Positions 6,112 to 15,694 of a DNA stretch of 24,549 bases are shown one piece after another (within the stretch, counting starts at the first letter, position 1; each line of letters opens with the position of its first letter). Both the position numbers and the translations under genes were made by a program. A model generated the notes under the pieces. The model was not told the DNA's origin and ran no database searches. It worked only from the letters and a program-made list of their open reading frames with translations. The stretch spans positions 1 through 24,549 of IMG/VR virus record IMGVR_UViG_3300032335_000021, one strand, 5' to 3'. Source of the DNA: a virus. Lineage: Duplodnaviria > Caudoviricetes.

Positions 6112-7620
6112 ATGCATATCACTCAGGAAAACCTTCCTAAAATCATGGGTTTAGTGAAAACCCTACCTGAGGATCAGCAGAGAGAGTTTTATGGGCTTCT
6201 TGAGGAGTATGAGAAGGCCAAAACGAAGGAATTGTCTCAAGAGAGTTTCATTTCGTTCGTGCATAGGGTGTGGCCCGGTTTCATTTCGGGTCGGCATCAC
6301 AAGATCATGGGTCAGAAGTTTGAGGAAATCGCTTCTGGCAAACTCAAGAGGCTGATCATCTGTATGCCACCCCGGCATACCAAGTCTGAGTTCGGGTCTT
6401 TTCTGTTTCCCGCGTGGTTCTTGGGCAAGTTCCCCCAGAAGAAGGTGATTCAGTCTTCTCATACTGCGGAACTGGCGGTAGGTTTCGGGCGTAAGGTCCG
6501 TAACTTGGTGGATTCGGAGGATTACCGGGCTGTATTCCCTGATACATCCCTTCGGGCGGACTCCAAGGCGGCAGGTAGGTGGAGTACCTCCAAGGGGGGT
6601 GACTATTTCGCCATTGGTATTGGGGGTGCTGTCACCGGTAAGGGTGCGGATCTTCTGATCATCGATGACCCCCATGATGAACAGGAGGGTCAGTCTTCGG
6701 ATCCTGCCGTGTTTGACCATGCGTATGAGTGGTACACCTCCGGACCCCGCCAGCGTCTTCAGCCCGGTGGGGCGATTGTGGTGATCTGTACCCGTTGGTC
6801 GAAGCGGGATCTGGTAGGGCAGGTTCTCAAGGCATCCGCCCAGAGAGGCGGGGATGAATGGGAGGTCATTGAGTTCCCGGCAATCCTTCCTTCTGGCAAA
6901 CCCCTGTGGCCTGAGTTCTGGCCCTTAGAGGAACTGGAGGCTATCCGGGAAGAAATCCCTACCCATAAATGGCAGGCCCAGTACCAGCAGAATCCCACCT
7001 CCGAAGAGGGCGCACTGATTAAACGGGACTGGTGGAAGGTCTGGGAGCAAGACAGACCCCCGCAGTGTCAGTTTTTGATCCAGTCATGGGATACCGCGTT
7101 CCTGAAGAAGGAGCGATCAGACTACTCAGCCTGTACCACTTGGGGTGTTTTCTACCACCCAGACGGGTCTGGGGCGATGCAGTCGAACATCATTCTTATG
7201 GATGCCCATAAGGAGAAGATGGAGTTCCCCACCCTCAAGAAACGGGCATGGGAGTTGTACAATTACTGGAAGCCGGATGCCCTGATTGTGGAAGCCAAGG
7301 CGGCAGGCACCCCCCTGATATTCGAACTGAGGGCCATGGGTATCCCAGTATCGGAATACACCCCGTCACGCGGTAATGATAAAGTTGCCCGTGTAAACGC
7401 CATTGCTGATCTCTTCTCCAGTGGCAGGATATGGCGACCCAACACCCGTTTTGCGGAGGAAGTGGTTGAGGAATTTGCGTCTTTTCCTGCCGGAGAGCAT
7501 GATGACTATGTGGACTCAGGGACGCAGGCTCTCCTACGCTACCGCAAGGGAGGGTTCATCTCTCTCCAGTCTGATTACAAGGATCAGCCAGTCTACAAAC
7601 GAAAGACTTCCTACTACTGA
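6112..7620 (+). CDS. terL: Terminase large subunit
   Basis: Walker A variant PPRHTKS, Walker B IIDDPHDE, RNase H-like nuclease QSWDTA...HDDYVDS. GAGGT RBS before the ATG at 6112. Confidence 0.95.
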   Translation: MHITQENLPKIMGLVKTLPEDQQREFYGLLEEYEKAKTKELSQESFISFVHRVWPGFISGRHHKIMGQKFEEIASGKLKRLIICMPPRHTKSEFGSFLFPAWFLGKFPQKKVIQSSHTAELAVGFGRKVRNLVDSEDYRAVFPDTSLRADSKAAGRWSTSKGGDYFAIGIGGAVTGKGADLLIIDDPHDEQEGQSSDPAVFDHAYEWYTSGPRQRLQPGGAIVVICTRWSKRDLVGQVLKASAQRGGDEWEVIEFPAILPSGKPLWPEFWPLEELEAIREEIPTHKWQAQYQQNPTSEEGALIKRDWWKVWEQDRPPQCQFLIQSWDTAFLKKERSDYSACTTWGVFYHPDGSGAMQSNIILMDAHKEKMEFPTLKKRAWELYNYWKPDALIVEAKAAGTPLIFELRAMGIPVSEYTPSRGNDKVARVNAIADLFSSGRIWRPNTRFAEEVVEEFASFPAGEHDDYVDSGTQALLRYRKGGFISLQSDYKDQPVYKRKTSYY

Positions 7621-7631
7621 GGATTTAAACG

Positions 7632-7856
7632 ATGAAGAACAAAACTGCTAAGAGCGAGAAGATGGAGGCTCCGAAGAGCCGCAAGCAGCCGAAGGATGCC
7701 CTGAAGGGCAAGATGAGTGGCCTCGGCAAGCCGGTGATGGTCGGTGGTGCCATGCGTCCGAAGAAGATGTTCGGCGGCAAGATGACCATGGGTACCTCTG
7801 GTACCGCTCGTGGTATGGGTGCTGCCGTGAAGGGCGGCAAGTTCCGCGACCTGTAA
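7632..7856 (+). CDS. Small Lys/Met/Gly-rich basic protein
   Basis: GAGG RBS; in the operon between terL and portal. Confidence 0.75.
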   Translation: MKNKTAKSEKMEAPKSRKQPKDALKGKMSGLGKPVMVGGAMRPKKMFGGKMTMGTSGTARGMGAAVKGGKFRDL

Positions 7857-7866
7857 GGAGAGAGAG

Positions 7867-10371
7867 ATGGCGGTTGATCGCGCTTTGATGCCCTTCCCCA
7901 CGGGAGGGATGTCGATGGAAGTGGCGGTCGGTTCGCCGTCTGAATCCATCGTTGTGGAGTTGCCGGACGGTGGGGTGGAGATCAGTCTTTCCCCGGAACC
8001 TGCTCCTGAGCCGGGTCACAACGAGAACCTTGCGGAGTTCATCCCCGATCAGGTGTTGAACAACATCGGGAACGATCTTGCGACCTTGTACGAAGCAGAC
8101 AAGGATTCTCGCAAGGAATGGGAAACGACCTACATCAAGGGTCTTGATCTCCTAGGTCTGAAGATTGAGGACCGTACACAGCCATGGGAGGGAGCCTGTG
8201 GTGTGTTTCACCCCATGCTCTCTGAGGCGATTGTCCGGTTCCAAGCCCAGACCATCCAAGAGATCTTCCCTGCCAAAGGACCGGTACAGACCAAGATCCT
8301 TGGTGAATCCACCAAAGAGCGCATCGATCAGGCTCAAAGAGTTCAGGAATACCTGAACTATCTTCTGACGGAAAAGATGAGCGAATATCGCTCAGAGACG
8401 GAGAAGATGCTCTTCTCGTTGGCACTCTCCGGTGCAGCGTTCCGCAAGGTCTACTTCGATCCTTCACTCGGTAGACCCGCTTCGAACTTCGTTCCAGCAG
8501 AGGATTTCGTGGTTTCTTACGGAGCCAGCGATCTCATCAACTGTGAACGCGCTACCCATTTGATGAAGAAGACCTACAACGAGATCAGGAAGTTGCAGGT
8601 CTCCGGGTTCTATTCTGATATCTCCCTACCTCCTCCGATGCCTGACACGAGTCAGATCCAGAAGTCCTACGACAAACTGAACGGTGAGTCGAAGGGCATG
8701 GAACTTGATTCGCGCTACACCCTTCTGGAGATGGTGGTCGATTACGACCTGCCCGGATTTGAAGACACCGATGAAAACGGTGAACCCACCGGAATCGCGC
8801 TTCCCTATGTCATCACGGTAGACAAGTCTTCCCGTCAGATCCTTGCCATCCGCAGGAACTGGTACGAAGACGACCCGCTCAAGAAGCGCCGTCAGCACTT
8901 CGTTCAGTACACCTACATCCCCGGACTTGGCTTCTATGGGTTTGGGCTTGTCCATTTGGTGGGTGGACTCGCAAAGTCTTCGACATCCATCCTCCGTCAG
9001 TTGGTGGATGCCGGAACCCTCTCCAACCTTCCGGGTGGACTCAAGACCCGTGGTCTGAGAATCAAAGGAGACGATACGCCCATCATGCCGGGAGAGTTCC
9101 GGGATGTGGATATTCCGTCCGGAACCCTGAGGGAGAACATCACCTTCCTCCCCTACAAGGAACCCTCGGGTACCCTGTATCAGTTGCTTGGAAACATCGT
9201 GGACGAAGGCCGCAGGTTCGCCTCTCAGGCGGACATGAAGGTCGCGGACATGAACGGCGAGGCTCCTGTCGGAACTACCTTGGCAATCATCGAAAGGTCG
9301 ATGAAGGTCATGTCTGCCGTTCAGGCGCGTTTACATGCCTCGATGAAGAAGGAACTGAAACTTCTTTCTCAGTTGGTCTATGACTACGGCCCCAGCGAGT
9401 ACCCCTACGACATCCCCGGTAAGAAACTGACCAAGGAAGATTTCGATGATCGTATCGATATCATCCCTGTTTCAGATCCCAACGCCGGGACCATGGCGCA
9501 GCGGATCATGAAGTATCAGGCCGCGCTCCAGTTGGCGGCTCAGGCACCCCAGTTGTATGACCTGCCCCTTCTGCATCGTCAGATGATCGAGGCTCTTGGG
9601 ATAGCGGATTCGCAGGAAGTCCTCCCGGATAAGGCCAATATCCCCATCACAGACCCTGTGACGGAGAACATGAACGCCTTGCAGATGAAGCCCATCAAGG
9701 CTTTCATCTATCAGGACCACGAGGCCCATATACAAGTACACATGTCATTCATGCAGGATCCCCGTCTACAGGGGATGCTCCAGCAAAACCCGCAGGCGGC
9801 TCAGGCTTTGCAGGCCAACATCTCAGCCCATGTGGCGGAACACTTGGGTTTTGCTTACCGTCAGCAGATCGAAAAGCAACTTGGGGTCAAACTGCCTCCT
9901 CCGGGGGAACCTCTCCCAGAGGATATCGAGTACCGCATCTCTGGTCTTGTGGCCCCGGCAGCGGCTCAGGTATTGGGCAAAGCCCAGCAGGAAGCCCAGA
10001 TGCAGAAGCAACAGCAGCAGCAACAGGATCCTATCCTCCAGATGGAGATACAGAAACTCCAACTCCAAGCGCAGGAGATCCGGCAGAAGGCCCAGTCCGA
10101 CATGGCGAAAATCCAAACGGATATGCAGAAGGCCCAGATGCGGATGGAGACCGAACGGAACCGTATCAAGACCCAAGAGCGTATCGAAGGTGCGCGTCTT
10201 GGCGTACAGATCGCCGCAACCAATACCCAGAACGAACTCCAGAGCAAGGAAATTGCCTCAAAGGACAAGATCGAGGGTGCCAAGTTGGGGGTCGAAATCG
10301 CCAGAAACATGCTTTCCGCCCAGCAGCGTGAGCAGGAAATGAGGGATTCAAATGCAAACCGCAAGCAATAA
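7867..10371 (+). CDS. Portal protein (P22-like, with long Gln-rich C-terminal coiled coil)
   Basis: 834 aa after terL; PWEGAC-VFHPML and PGLGFYGFGL motifs; AAGGAG RBS. Confidence 0.85.
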   Translation: MAVDRALMPFPTGGMSMEVAVGSPSESIVVELPDGGVEISLSPEPAPEPGHNENLAEFIPDQVLNNIGNDLATLYEADKDSRKEWETTYIKGLDLLGLKIEDRTQPWEGACGVFHPMLSEAIVRFQAQTIQEIFPAKGPVQTKILGESTKERIDQAQRVQEYLNYLLTEKMSEYRSETEKMLFSLALSGAAFRKVYFDPSLGRPASNFVPAEDFVVSYGASDLINCERATHLMKKTYNEIRKLQVSGFYSDISLPPPMPDTSQIQKSYDKLNGESKGMELDSRYTLLEMVVDYDLPGFEDTDENGEPTGIALPYVITVDKSSRQILAIRRNWYEDDPLKKRRQHFVQYTYIPGLGFYGFGLVHLVGGLAKSSTSILRQLVDAGTLSNLPGGLKTRGLRIKGDDTPIMPGEFRDVDIPSGTLRENITFLPYKEPSGTLYQLLGNIVDEGRRFASQADMKVADMNGEAPVGTTLAIIERSMKVMSAVQARLHASMKKELKLLSQLVYDYGPSEYPYDIPGKKLTKEDFDDRIDIIPVSDPNAGTMAQRIMKYQAALQLAAQAPQLYDLPLLHRQMIEALGIADSQEVLPDKANIPITDPVTENMNALQMKPIKAFIYQDHEAHIQVHMSFMQDPRLQGMLQQNPQAAQALQANISAHVAEHLGFAYRQQIEKQLGVKLPPPGEPLPEDIEYRISGLVAPAAAQVLGKAQQEAQMQKQQQQQQDPILQMEIQKLQLQAQEIRQKAQSDMAKIQTDMQKAQMRMETERNRIKTQERIEGARLGVQIAATNTQNELQSKEIASKDKIEGAKLGVEIARNMLSAQQREQEMRDSNANRKQ

Positions 10372-10549
10372 CCTCGCGGAATTCCTGAGAAAATCCCTCA
10401 GGCAGCAGATGAATGAACTCGCTGATCACATCGCCGGGGGAGGCTGTGCCGACTTCCCGGAATACAAGAGATGCTGTGGGGTCATCGAGGGTCTCGCCCG
10501 TGCAGAGCGAGAACTACTTGACCTCACGAATCAAATTGACGATGATTAA
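10352..10549 (+). CDS. Small helical protein downstream of the portal
   Basis: Overlaps the portal stop; GAGGG RBS; YKRCCGVIEGL motif. Confidence 0.75.
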   Translation: MQTASNNLAEFLRKSLRQQMNELADHIAGGGCADFPEYKRCCGVIEGLARAERELLDLTNQIDDD

Positions 10550-10624
10550 ACAAGTTATCAACTTCGCTGTGTAAACAGTGCAACCACCCCACATGGGGCG
10601 CAAACGCCGGAAGGTGCTTTAAAC

Positions 10625-10984
10625 ATGTCCAAGAAAGACGACGAAAAGGTCGCAAGTCAGTTACCCAAGCCTAGTGGGTACAAAATCCTCATCGCCCTGC
10701 CCAACCCGGAAGAGAAGACAGAAGGTGGAATCCTCAAGGCTTCTCAGACACTTGAGTCTGAAGAGATTGGGAGCATCGTTGGTTTCGTCATCTCGATGGG
10801 ACCGGATGCTTACAAGTCCACTGATCGTTTCCCTTCTGGCCCCTACTGTAAGGAAGGGGACTGGATCATGATGCGTTCCTATTCGGGAACCCGCTTCAAG
10901 GTCCATGGGAAAGAGTTCCGACTGATCAACGACGATAGCGTTGAAGCCATCGTTGAAGATCCGCGTGGAGTGGTCAAGGTATGA
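10625..10984 (+). CDS. groES: GroES/Cpn10-like co-chaperonin
   Basis: PSGYKILI, mobile loop KTEGGIL, VISMGPDAY, CKEGD, YSGT, FRLINDDSVEAIV match the GroES pattern. Confidence 0.88.
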   Translation: MSKKDDEKVASQLPKPSGYKILIALPNPEEKTEGGILKASQTLESEEIGSIVGFVISMGPDAYKSTDRFPSGPYCKEGDWIMMRSYSGTRFKVHGKEFRLINDDSVEAIVEDPRGVVKV

Positions 10985-11973
10985 GCGCAGAAACATCGCA
11001 GATGTCCCGAGAGGACAAGTTCTTCGGGGTGGAAACTCCGTTGCAGATGCCCGTCAAGGAAGAGGTCAAATCTTCCCCGGAACCTGAAATCGAACTCGAC
11101 ATCGTTGACGACATCCCCAAGCAGCCGGTTAAACAGGCTGAGAAGGAAGACGACGAAGAGTTGTCGGATTACAGCGACAAGGTCCGCAAGCGGATCAACA
11201 AACTCAAGTATGAGCAGCACGAAGCGCACCGTCAGCGGGAAGCCGCAGAGCGGATGCGTGAAGAGGCTGTCAAGTTCGCGCAGCAGTTGGCTGCTAAGAA
11301 CCAGCAGTACGAGTCGCTGATCCAGCGCGGAGAAGGTGCCTTGGTCTCACAGATCAAGGCCCGTGCATCGTTGGCTCTTGATCAGGCCAAGTCCCTGTAC
11401 AAGGAAGCCTACGAAGCCGGTGATTCCCAGAGAATCATCGACGCTCAGGAGAAACTTCTCAACGCGCAGACGGAAGTCCGCGAGGCAGAGAAGCATGAGC
11501 GCGTCCTTCAGAACCGTCGCCCCCAGCAGGCACAGCAGCCGGTTCAGCAGCCCGTTCAGCAGCAGGCTTATCAGCCTCCGCAGCCGAGCAGCAAGGCCAT
11601 AGAGTGGACCAAGGGCAACCCATGGTTCGGTCCCAATGGGAACCGTGCCATGACCGCTCTGGCCTATGGAGTACATGAGACGCTCGTCCGGGAACAAGGC
11701 GTACAGCCCGACACCGACGAGTACTATCAGAAGATCGATGCCGCCATGCGGCAACGATTCCCAGACTACTTTGAGAAGGATGAAGATGTCCAAGTGACAT
11801 CTGCACCGGCTCAACGCACCCCTTCCACCGTGGTAGCCCCGTCAAATCGGAACAATGGCTCAAGACCACGCAAAATACAGTTGACTGCTACACAAGTCGC
11901 TCTCGCAAAGCGAATTGGCCTTACCCCAGAGCAGTATGCCAAACAGGTCATCAAGGAGACTTCAAATGGCTGA
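10981..11973 (+). CDS. Putative capsid scaffolding protein
   Basis: Acidic N-terminus, long coiled coil, NPWFG motif, basic C-terminal helix; upstream of the capsid genes. Confidence 0.65.
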   Translation: MSAETSQMSREDKFFGVETPLQMPVKEEVKSSPEPEIELDIVDDIPKQPVKQAEKEDDEELSDYSDKVRKRINKLKYEQHEAHRQREAAERMREEAVKFAQQLAAKNQQYESLIQRGEGALVSQIKARASLALDQAKSLYKEAYEAGDSQRIIDAQEKLLNAQTEVREAEKHERVLQNRRPQQAQQPVQQPVQQQAYQPPQPSSKAIEWTKGNPWFGPNGNRAMTALAYGVHETLVREQGVQPDTDEYYQKIDAAMRQRFPDYFEKDEDVQVTSAPAQRTPSTVVAPSNRNNGSRPRKIQLTATQVALAKRIGLTPEQYAKQVIKETSNG

Positions 11974-12412
11974 AGAGCGCAAAATCCGTATCGACCGTGC
12001 AACCGAAGCCCGTCCTAACGACACTTGGTTGCCGCAATCCGCACTACCGGTCCCGGAACAGAAAGATGGTTGGGTGTTCCGCTGGATTCGCACCTCTTCT
12101 CTGGGGCGTTCGGATAACACGAATGTCTCGCGCCAGATGCGTGAAGGCTGGGAGCCTGTGAAGGCAGAAGATCATCCTGAGTTGAAGATCATGTCTGACC
12201 TCAACTCCCAGTTCAAAGGCAATGTTGAAGTGGGTGGCTTGCTCCTTTGCAAGGCTCCCCTTGAGAAGATGCTGCAACGCCAGAAGTACTTCCAAGAAGT
12301 TTCTGACCGACAGATCGATGGTGTGGACCGCAGTTATCTGCGGGAGAATGATCCGCGTATGCCGCTCCTTAATCCGGAGCGTTCGACGCGCACCAGTTTC
12401 GGACGAGGTTAA
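11966..12412 (+). CDS. Conserved head-module protein (148 aa from MAEERK)
   Basis: AAGGAG RBS before 11966; FRWIR...REGWEPV...VGGLLLC motifs. Confidence 0.75.
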   Translation: MAEERKIRIDRATEARPNDTWLPQSALPVPEQKDGWVFRWIRTSSLGRSDNTNVSRQMREGWEPVKAEDHPELKIMSDLNSQFKGNVEVGGLLLCKAPLEKMLQRQKYFQEVSDRQIDGVDRSYLRENDPRMPLLNPERSTRTSFGRG

Positions 12413-12446
12413 ATCCTTATCTTTCCACTTTTCGAGGTAATTTCAA

Positions 12447-13292
12447 ATGGCTTCAGGAACTGATGTTACTAGCCCTTATGGGTTCCTGCCGATCAACCTC
12501 ATCGGCGGTCAGGTATTTGCGGGTTCCACCCGTATGTACCCGATTCAGTACGGCTATGACACGAACATCTTCTACGGAGATTTCGTCAAAGTCGTGCGAG
12601 GTTCGGCTACTCGCGTTTCGATTGGTGCTGCCACCAATTCCAACGCGGTGACCGGCGTTTTCGTTGGTTGCTCCTACACCGATCCGGTGACCAAGGACAA
12701 GCGTTTCTCGCAGTACTACCCGGCTTCGACGCTGGCTGGTGATGCGTTGGCGTATGTCGTTGACGATCCGGACACTGTGTTCAAGGCTGCGGTCTGCTCT
12801 GCGACTACGGTCATGGCATCGGGCGCGTATGCGCTGGTCGGAACCAACCTTTCGGCTGTCGATAACACGGGTAATGTGAACACGGGCAATTCGAAGAACG
12901 CGATCCTCGCGCCTTCGGCTACGCCTGCGACCAGCATCCTCCCGCTGCGCTGCGTTGGCGTGGTCCCTGAGACTTCGCTTTCGTACACGGCGACGGGTTC
13001 GTCCTCCAGCACGACCCTTACCCTCACGGGTTCGGGCGCTCCGGCGGCTCTCCCGGTCGGCACGAGCGTGGCCTACTACGCATCGAACGGTCAGTTGATT
13101 GAGACTGGTTCGTTCCTCAGCGTGGCGGCTGCGGCCGGTGATACCTCGCTTACCCTGAACGCCGCTATCGCGGTGCCGGGTTCGGTGACGGCTATTCCCT
13201 CTGCTTCGACTGTTGTCTTCACGATCTACCGTGAGTTGTTGGTCAAACTCAATGTTCTGACCCACGGCTATTACAGTAGCGTCACTGCCTAA
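12447..13292 (+). CDS. Putative capsid decoration/minor capsid protein
   Basis: Ala/Thr/Ser-rich beta protein directly before the major capsid gene; GAGGT RBS. Function inferred from position. Confidence 0.55.
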   Translation: MASGTDVTSPYGFLPINLIGGQVFAGSTRMYPIQYGYDTNIFYGDFVKVVRGSATRVSIGAATNSNAVTGVFVGCSYTDPVTKDKRFSQYYPASTLAGDALAYVVDDPDTVFKAAVCSATTVMASGAYALVGTNLSAVDNTGNVNTGNSKNAILAPSATPATSILPLRCVGVVPETSLSYTATGSSSSTTLTLTGSGAPAALPVGTSVAYYASNGQLIETGSFLSVAAAAGDTSLTLNAAIAVPGSVTAIPSASTVVFTIYRELLVKLNVLTHGYYSSVTA

Positions 13293-13306
13293 AGGAGTTC
13301 TGAGAA

Positions 13307-14215
13307 ATGGCTATTTCACGCGCACAGATGCTGAAGGAACTCCTGCCGGGGCTTAACGCCCTGTTCGGCTTGGAGTACCAGAAGTACGAAGATGAGCATA
13401 CCCTCATCTATGAGACCGAAAACTCCGAGAAGGCTTTCGAAGAGGAAGTCAAGTTGTCGGGCTTCGGCACGGCCCCTGTCAAGCAGGAAGGTCAGGCCAT
13501 TGCCTACGACAACGCGCAGGAGGCTTGGACGGCTCGTTATAACCACGAGACGATCGCCATGGGGTTCTCGATCACTGAAGAGGCCATGGAGGACAATCTC
13601 TATGACCAACTCTCTGCTCGTTACACCAAGGCTCTCGCCCGTGGTATGGCGAACACCAAGCAGGTCAAGGCTGCGGCTCTGCTCAACAACGGTTTCACCA
13701 CCTTCCAGTCGGGAGACGGTGTGACGCTGTTCAGCACGGCTCACCCCTTGGTCAGCGGTGGCACCAATGCCAACCGTCCGACCGTGGGTGCGGACCTCAA
13801 CGAGACTTCCTTGGAAGACGCAATCATCTCGATTGCGAACTATGTGGACGAGCGCGGTCTCTTGATCGCCGCCCGTCCTCGTCGTCTCGTTGTGCCGTCG
13901 AACTTGATGTTCGTTGCCGAGCGCCTGATGGAGACCACTCTCCGCACGGCGACCGCCGACAACGACATCAACGCGATCCGCAACATGGGCGCTATCCCGG
14001 AAGGCTACGCTGTCAATCACTACCTGACTGACACGAACGCCTTCTTCATCATCACGGATGTCCCGAATGGTATGAAGCACTTCGTGCGTACCCCGCTCTC
14101 GACCTCCATGGATGGTGACTTTGATACCGGGAATGTCCGGTACAAGGCCCGTGAGCGTTACTCGTTTGGTGTCAGCGATCCGCTTGGCATCTACGGTTCG
14201 CCGGGTTCGACCTGA
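13307..14215 (+). CDS. Major capsid protein (Mu gpT-like, HK97 fold)
   Basis: MAISRAQMLKELLPGLNALFGLEY start and DFDTGNVRYKARERYSFG end; AAGGAG RBS; followed by a strong terminator. Confidence 0.88.
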   Translation: MAISRAQMLKELLPGLNALFGLEYQKYEDEHTLIYETENSEKAFEEEVKLSGFGTAPVKQEGQAIAYDNAQEAWTARYNHETIAMGFSITEEAMEDNLYDQLSARYTKALARGMANTKQVKAAALLNNGFTTFQSGDGVTLFSTAHPLVSGGTNANRPTVGADLNETSLEDAIISIANYVDERGLLIAARPRRLVVPSNLMFVAERLMETTLRTATADNDINAIRNMGAIPEGYAVNHYLTDTNAFFIITDVPNGMKHFVRTPLSTSMDGDFDTGNVRYKARERYSFGVSDPLGIYGSPGST

Positions 14216-14228
14216 TAGGGTCGGAATG

Positions 14229-14259
14229 GAAGGGGGGGCGAAAGCCCCCCTTTCTTTTT
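14229..14259 (+). terminator. Rho-independent terminator
   Basis: GGGGGGC-GAAA-GCCCCCC followed by TTTCTTTTT. Confidence 0.92.
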
Positions 14260-14286
14260 GTGCATGTGTAGTGTTTAATCGCACTA

Positions 14287-14353
14287 CCGGGATAATTTAG
14301 CCTGCCAGACAGACCCGGCTGACGGTATGCAGACTGGCAGGCAACTCGCATAC
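14287..14353 (+). ncRNA. Double-pseudoknot RNA element downstream of the capsid gene (possibly the Mu-gpT-DE motif)
   Basis: Three crossing helices: CCGGG/CCCGG, GCCTGCCAG/CTGGCAGGC and GTATGC/GCATAC, ending next to the GAGG RBS. Confidence 0.65.
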
Positions 14354-14364
14354 GAGGTTTAAAC

Positions 14365-14631
14365 ATGGCTAAGACTACTTTCTCTGGTCCGGTTGAGTCG
14401 GACAATGGTTTCATCGGCGCAGTGGTTGGCAATGTCTCTGCCACCGTTTTGACCGCTGCTTCCGGCACGATCACGAACCTTCTCTGCACCTCCCTGACGG
14501 TTGGCAGCACCAAGATTGGTGTGGTGGTCAACGCGGCTTCGGGCGCAGTGTCGGCCCAGCAGGGTTACATTCAGGTTCTGGTCGGAGCGACCACCGCGTA
14601 TATCGCCCTGTACAAGAGCGTCACCGTTTAA
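14365..14631 (+). CDS. Small virion structural protein (possible head fibre)
   Basis: MAKTTFSGPVES start, beta-rich, GAGG RBS. Confidence 0.7.
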   Translation: MAKTTFSGPVESDNGFIGAVVGNVSATVLTAASGTITNLLCTSLTVGSTKIGVVVNAASGAVSAQQGYIQVLVGATTAYIALYKSVTV

Positions 14632-14652
14632 TTTTAAAGCGGAGGATTCTCT

Positions 14653-15243
14653 ATGGCACAGTACGATGTCTGGGCGGTTAACCCGACCAGCGACGATGAC
14701 TATTTCCGCTCTTCTGCGACCATTGCTGCGTCTGGGAACATCGCCCTTCTGGCGAATGATGTAGGTCAGTACGGAACTGGCTACAAGGTTTCCATCACCT
14801 CCAATGGTGCGGATGCCAACAAGACCTTCACCGTTACCGGTGTCAAGGTTGGCGCTACGGGTTACAACGGCATCGTGACTGAGACCATTACAGGTCCAAG
14901 CGCGACCGTGGTCTATTCGACCAACTACTACACCCGCGTCAACAGCATCAGCATCAGCGCGGCTTCGACTGGTGGCATCAAGATCGGTTACGGTGGTGAC
15001 CTTGCGTTCCCCCGCACCCGCATCAAGCAGGTTATCTATGTGGCCTCGTCGGTTGGAGGTAGCATTACCTTCACCGCACAGCCCAACAACACTGTCATCT
15101 TGAAGGTCTTTACCCCAGCCGACAGCACTGCAAATGATGCCATGGTTCCCCCTGAAGGAATCTTGACCACGAAGAGTGGGAACAATGACTTTGCAGTCAT
15201 GACGCTGGATCAGGTCTCCAAGGTCACAGTTCTCTGCGGGTGA
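14653..15243 (+). CDS. Putative structural protein (196 aa)
   Basis: GGAGG RBS; Thr/Ser/Gly-rich beta composition. Confidence 0.7.
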   Translation: MAQYDVWAVNPTSDDDYFRSSATIAASGNIALLANDVGQYGTGYKVSITSNGADANKTFTVTGVKVGATGYNGIVTETITGPSATVVYSTNYYTRVNSISISAASTGGIKIGYGGDLAFPRTRIKQVIYVASSVGGSITFTAQPNNTVILKVFTPADSTANDAMVPPEGILTTKSGNNDFAVMTLDQVSKVTVLCG

Positions 15244-15246
15244 TTT

Positions 15247-15507
15247 ATGGCAAAAAGCCCAGCATGGCAAAGGAAAGAAGGCAAAGACCCATCTGGCGGA
15301 CTTAATGCCAAGGGCAGGGCTTCTTACAACAAAGCCAACCCCGGCAAGCCGGGTCTGAAGCCGCCTGCGCCGAATCCAAAAACCAAGAAGGATGCGGCTA
15401 GGCGTAAGTCATTTTGCGCGAGAATGTCTGGAATGCCCGGTCCCATGAAGGATGACAAGGGCAAGCCAACTCGCAAAGCATTGTCATTGAAAGCGTGGAA
15501 CTGCTGA
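15247..15507 (+). CDS. Small basic protein (DUF6321-like)
   Basis: KDPSGGLNAKGRASYN...RRKSFCARM...SLKAWNC motif. Confidence 0.65.
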   Translation: MAKSPAWQRKEGKDPSGGLNAKGRASYNKANPGKPGLKPPAPNPKTKKDAARRKSFCARMSGMPGPMKDDKGKPTRKALSLKAWNC

Positions 15508-15508
15508 C

Positions 15509-15694
15509 ATGGCAAAGGCAAAAAGCAAGGTAAACGCAGCCGGGAACTACACCAAGCCTGAGATGCGTAAGCGACTGTTCAACCAGATCAAGGGTTCCGC
15601 AGTCCAAGGCACAGCATCAGGTCAGTGGTCCGCTCGTAAGGCGCAGTTGCTTGCCAAGAAGTACAAGGAAGCCGGAGGCGGCTACAAGAACTGA
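15509..15694 (+). CDS. Small basic protein resembling the N-terminal half of DUF5872-type proteins
   Basis: YTKPEMRKR...GQWSARKAQLLAKKYKEAGGGY. Confidence 0.65.
   Translation: MAKAKSKVNAAGNYTKPEMRKRLFNQIKGSAVQGTASGQWSARKAQLLAKKYKEAGGGYKN

Noticed and set aside
11524-11565. CAGCAGCCnGTT tandem repeats (and CAG runs in the portal gene)
   Set aside because: They encode Gln/Pro linkers; not a CRISPR array or regulatory repeat.
12453-14284. Long antisense ORFs 12453-13265 and 13316-14284 (also 2227-3156 and 17806-18642)
   Set aside because: Shadows of well-supported genes caused by codon bias; no RBS or recognisable motifs.
14287-14353. HDV-like/theta ribozyme interpretation of the pseudoknot
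   Set aside because: No P3/L3/P1.1 nested inside P1 and no recognisable J4/2 catalytic C strand.
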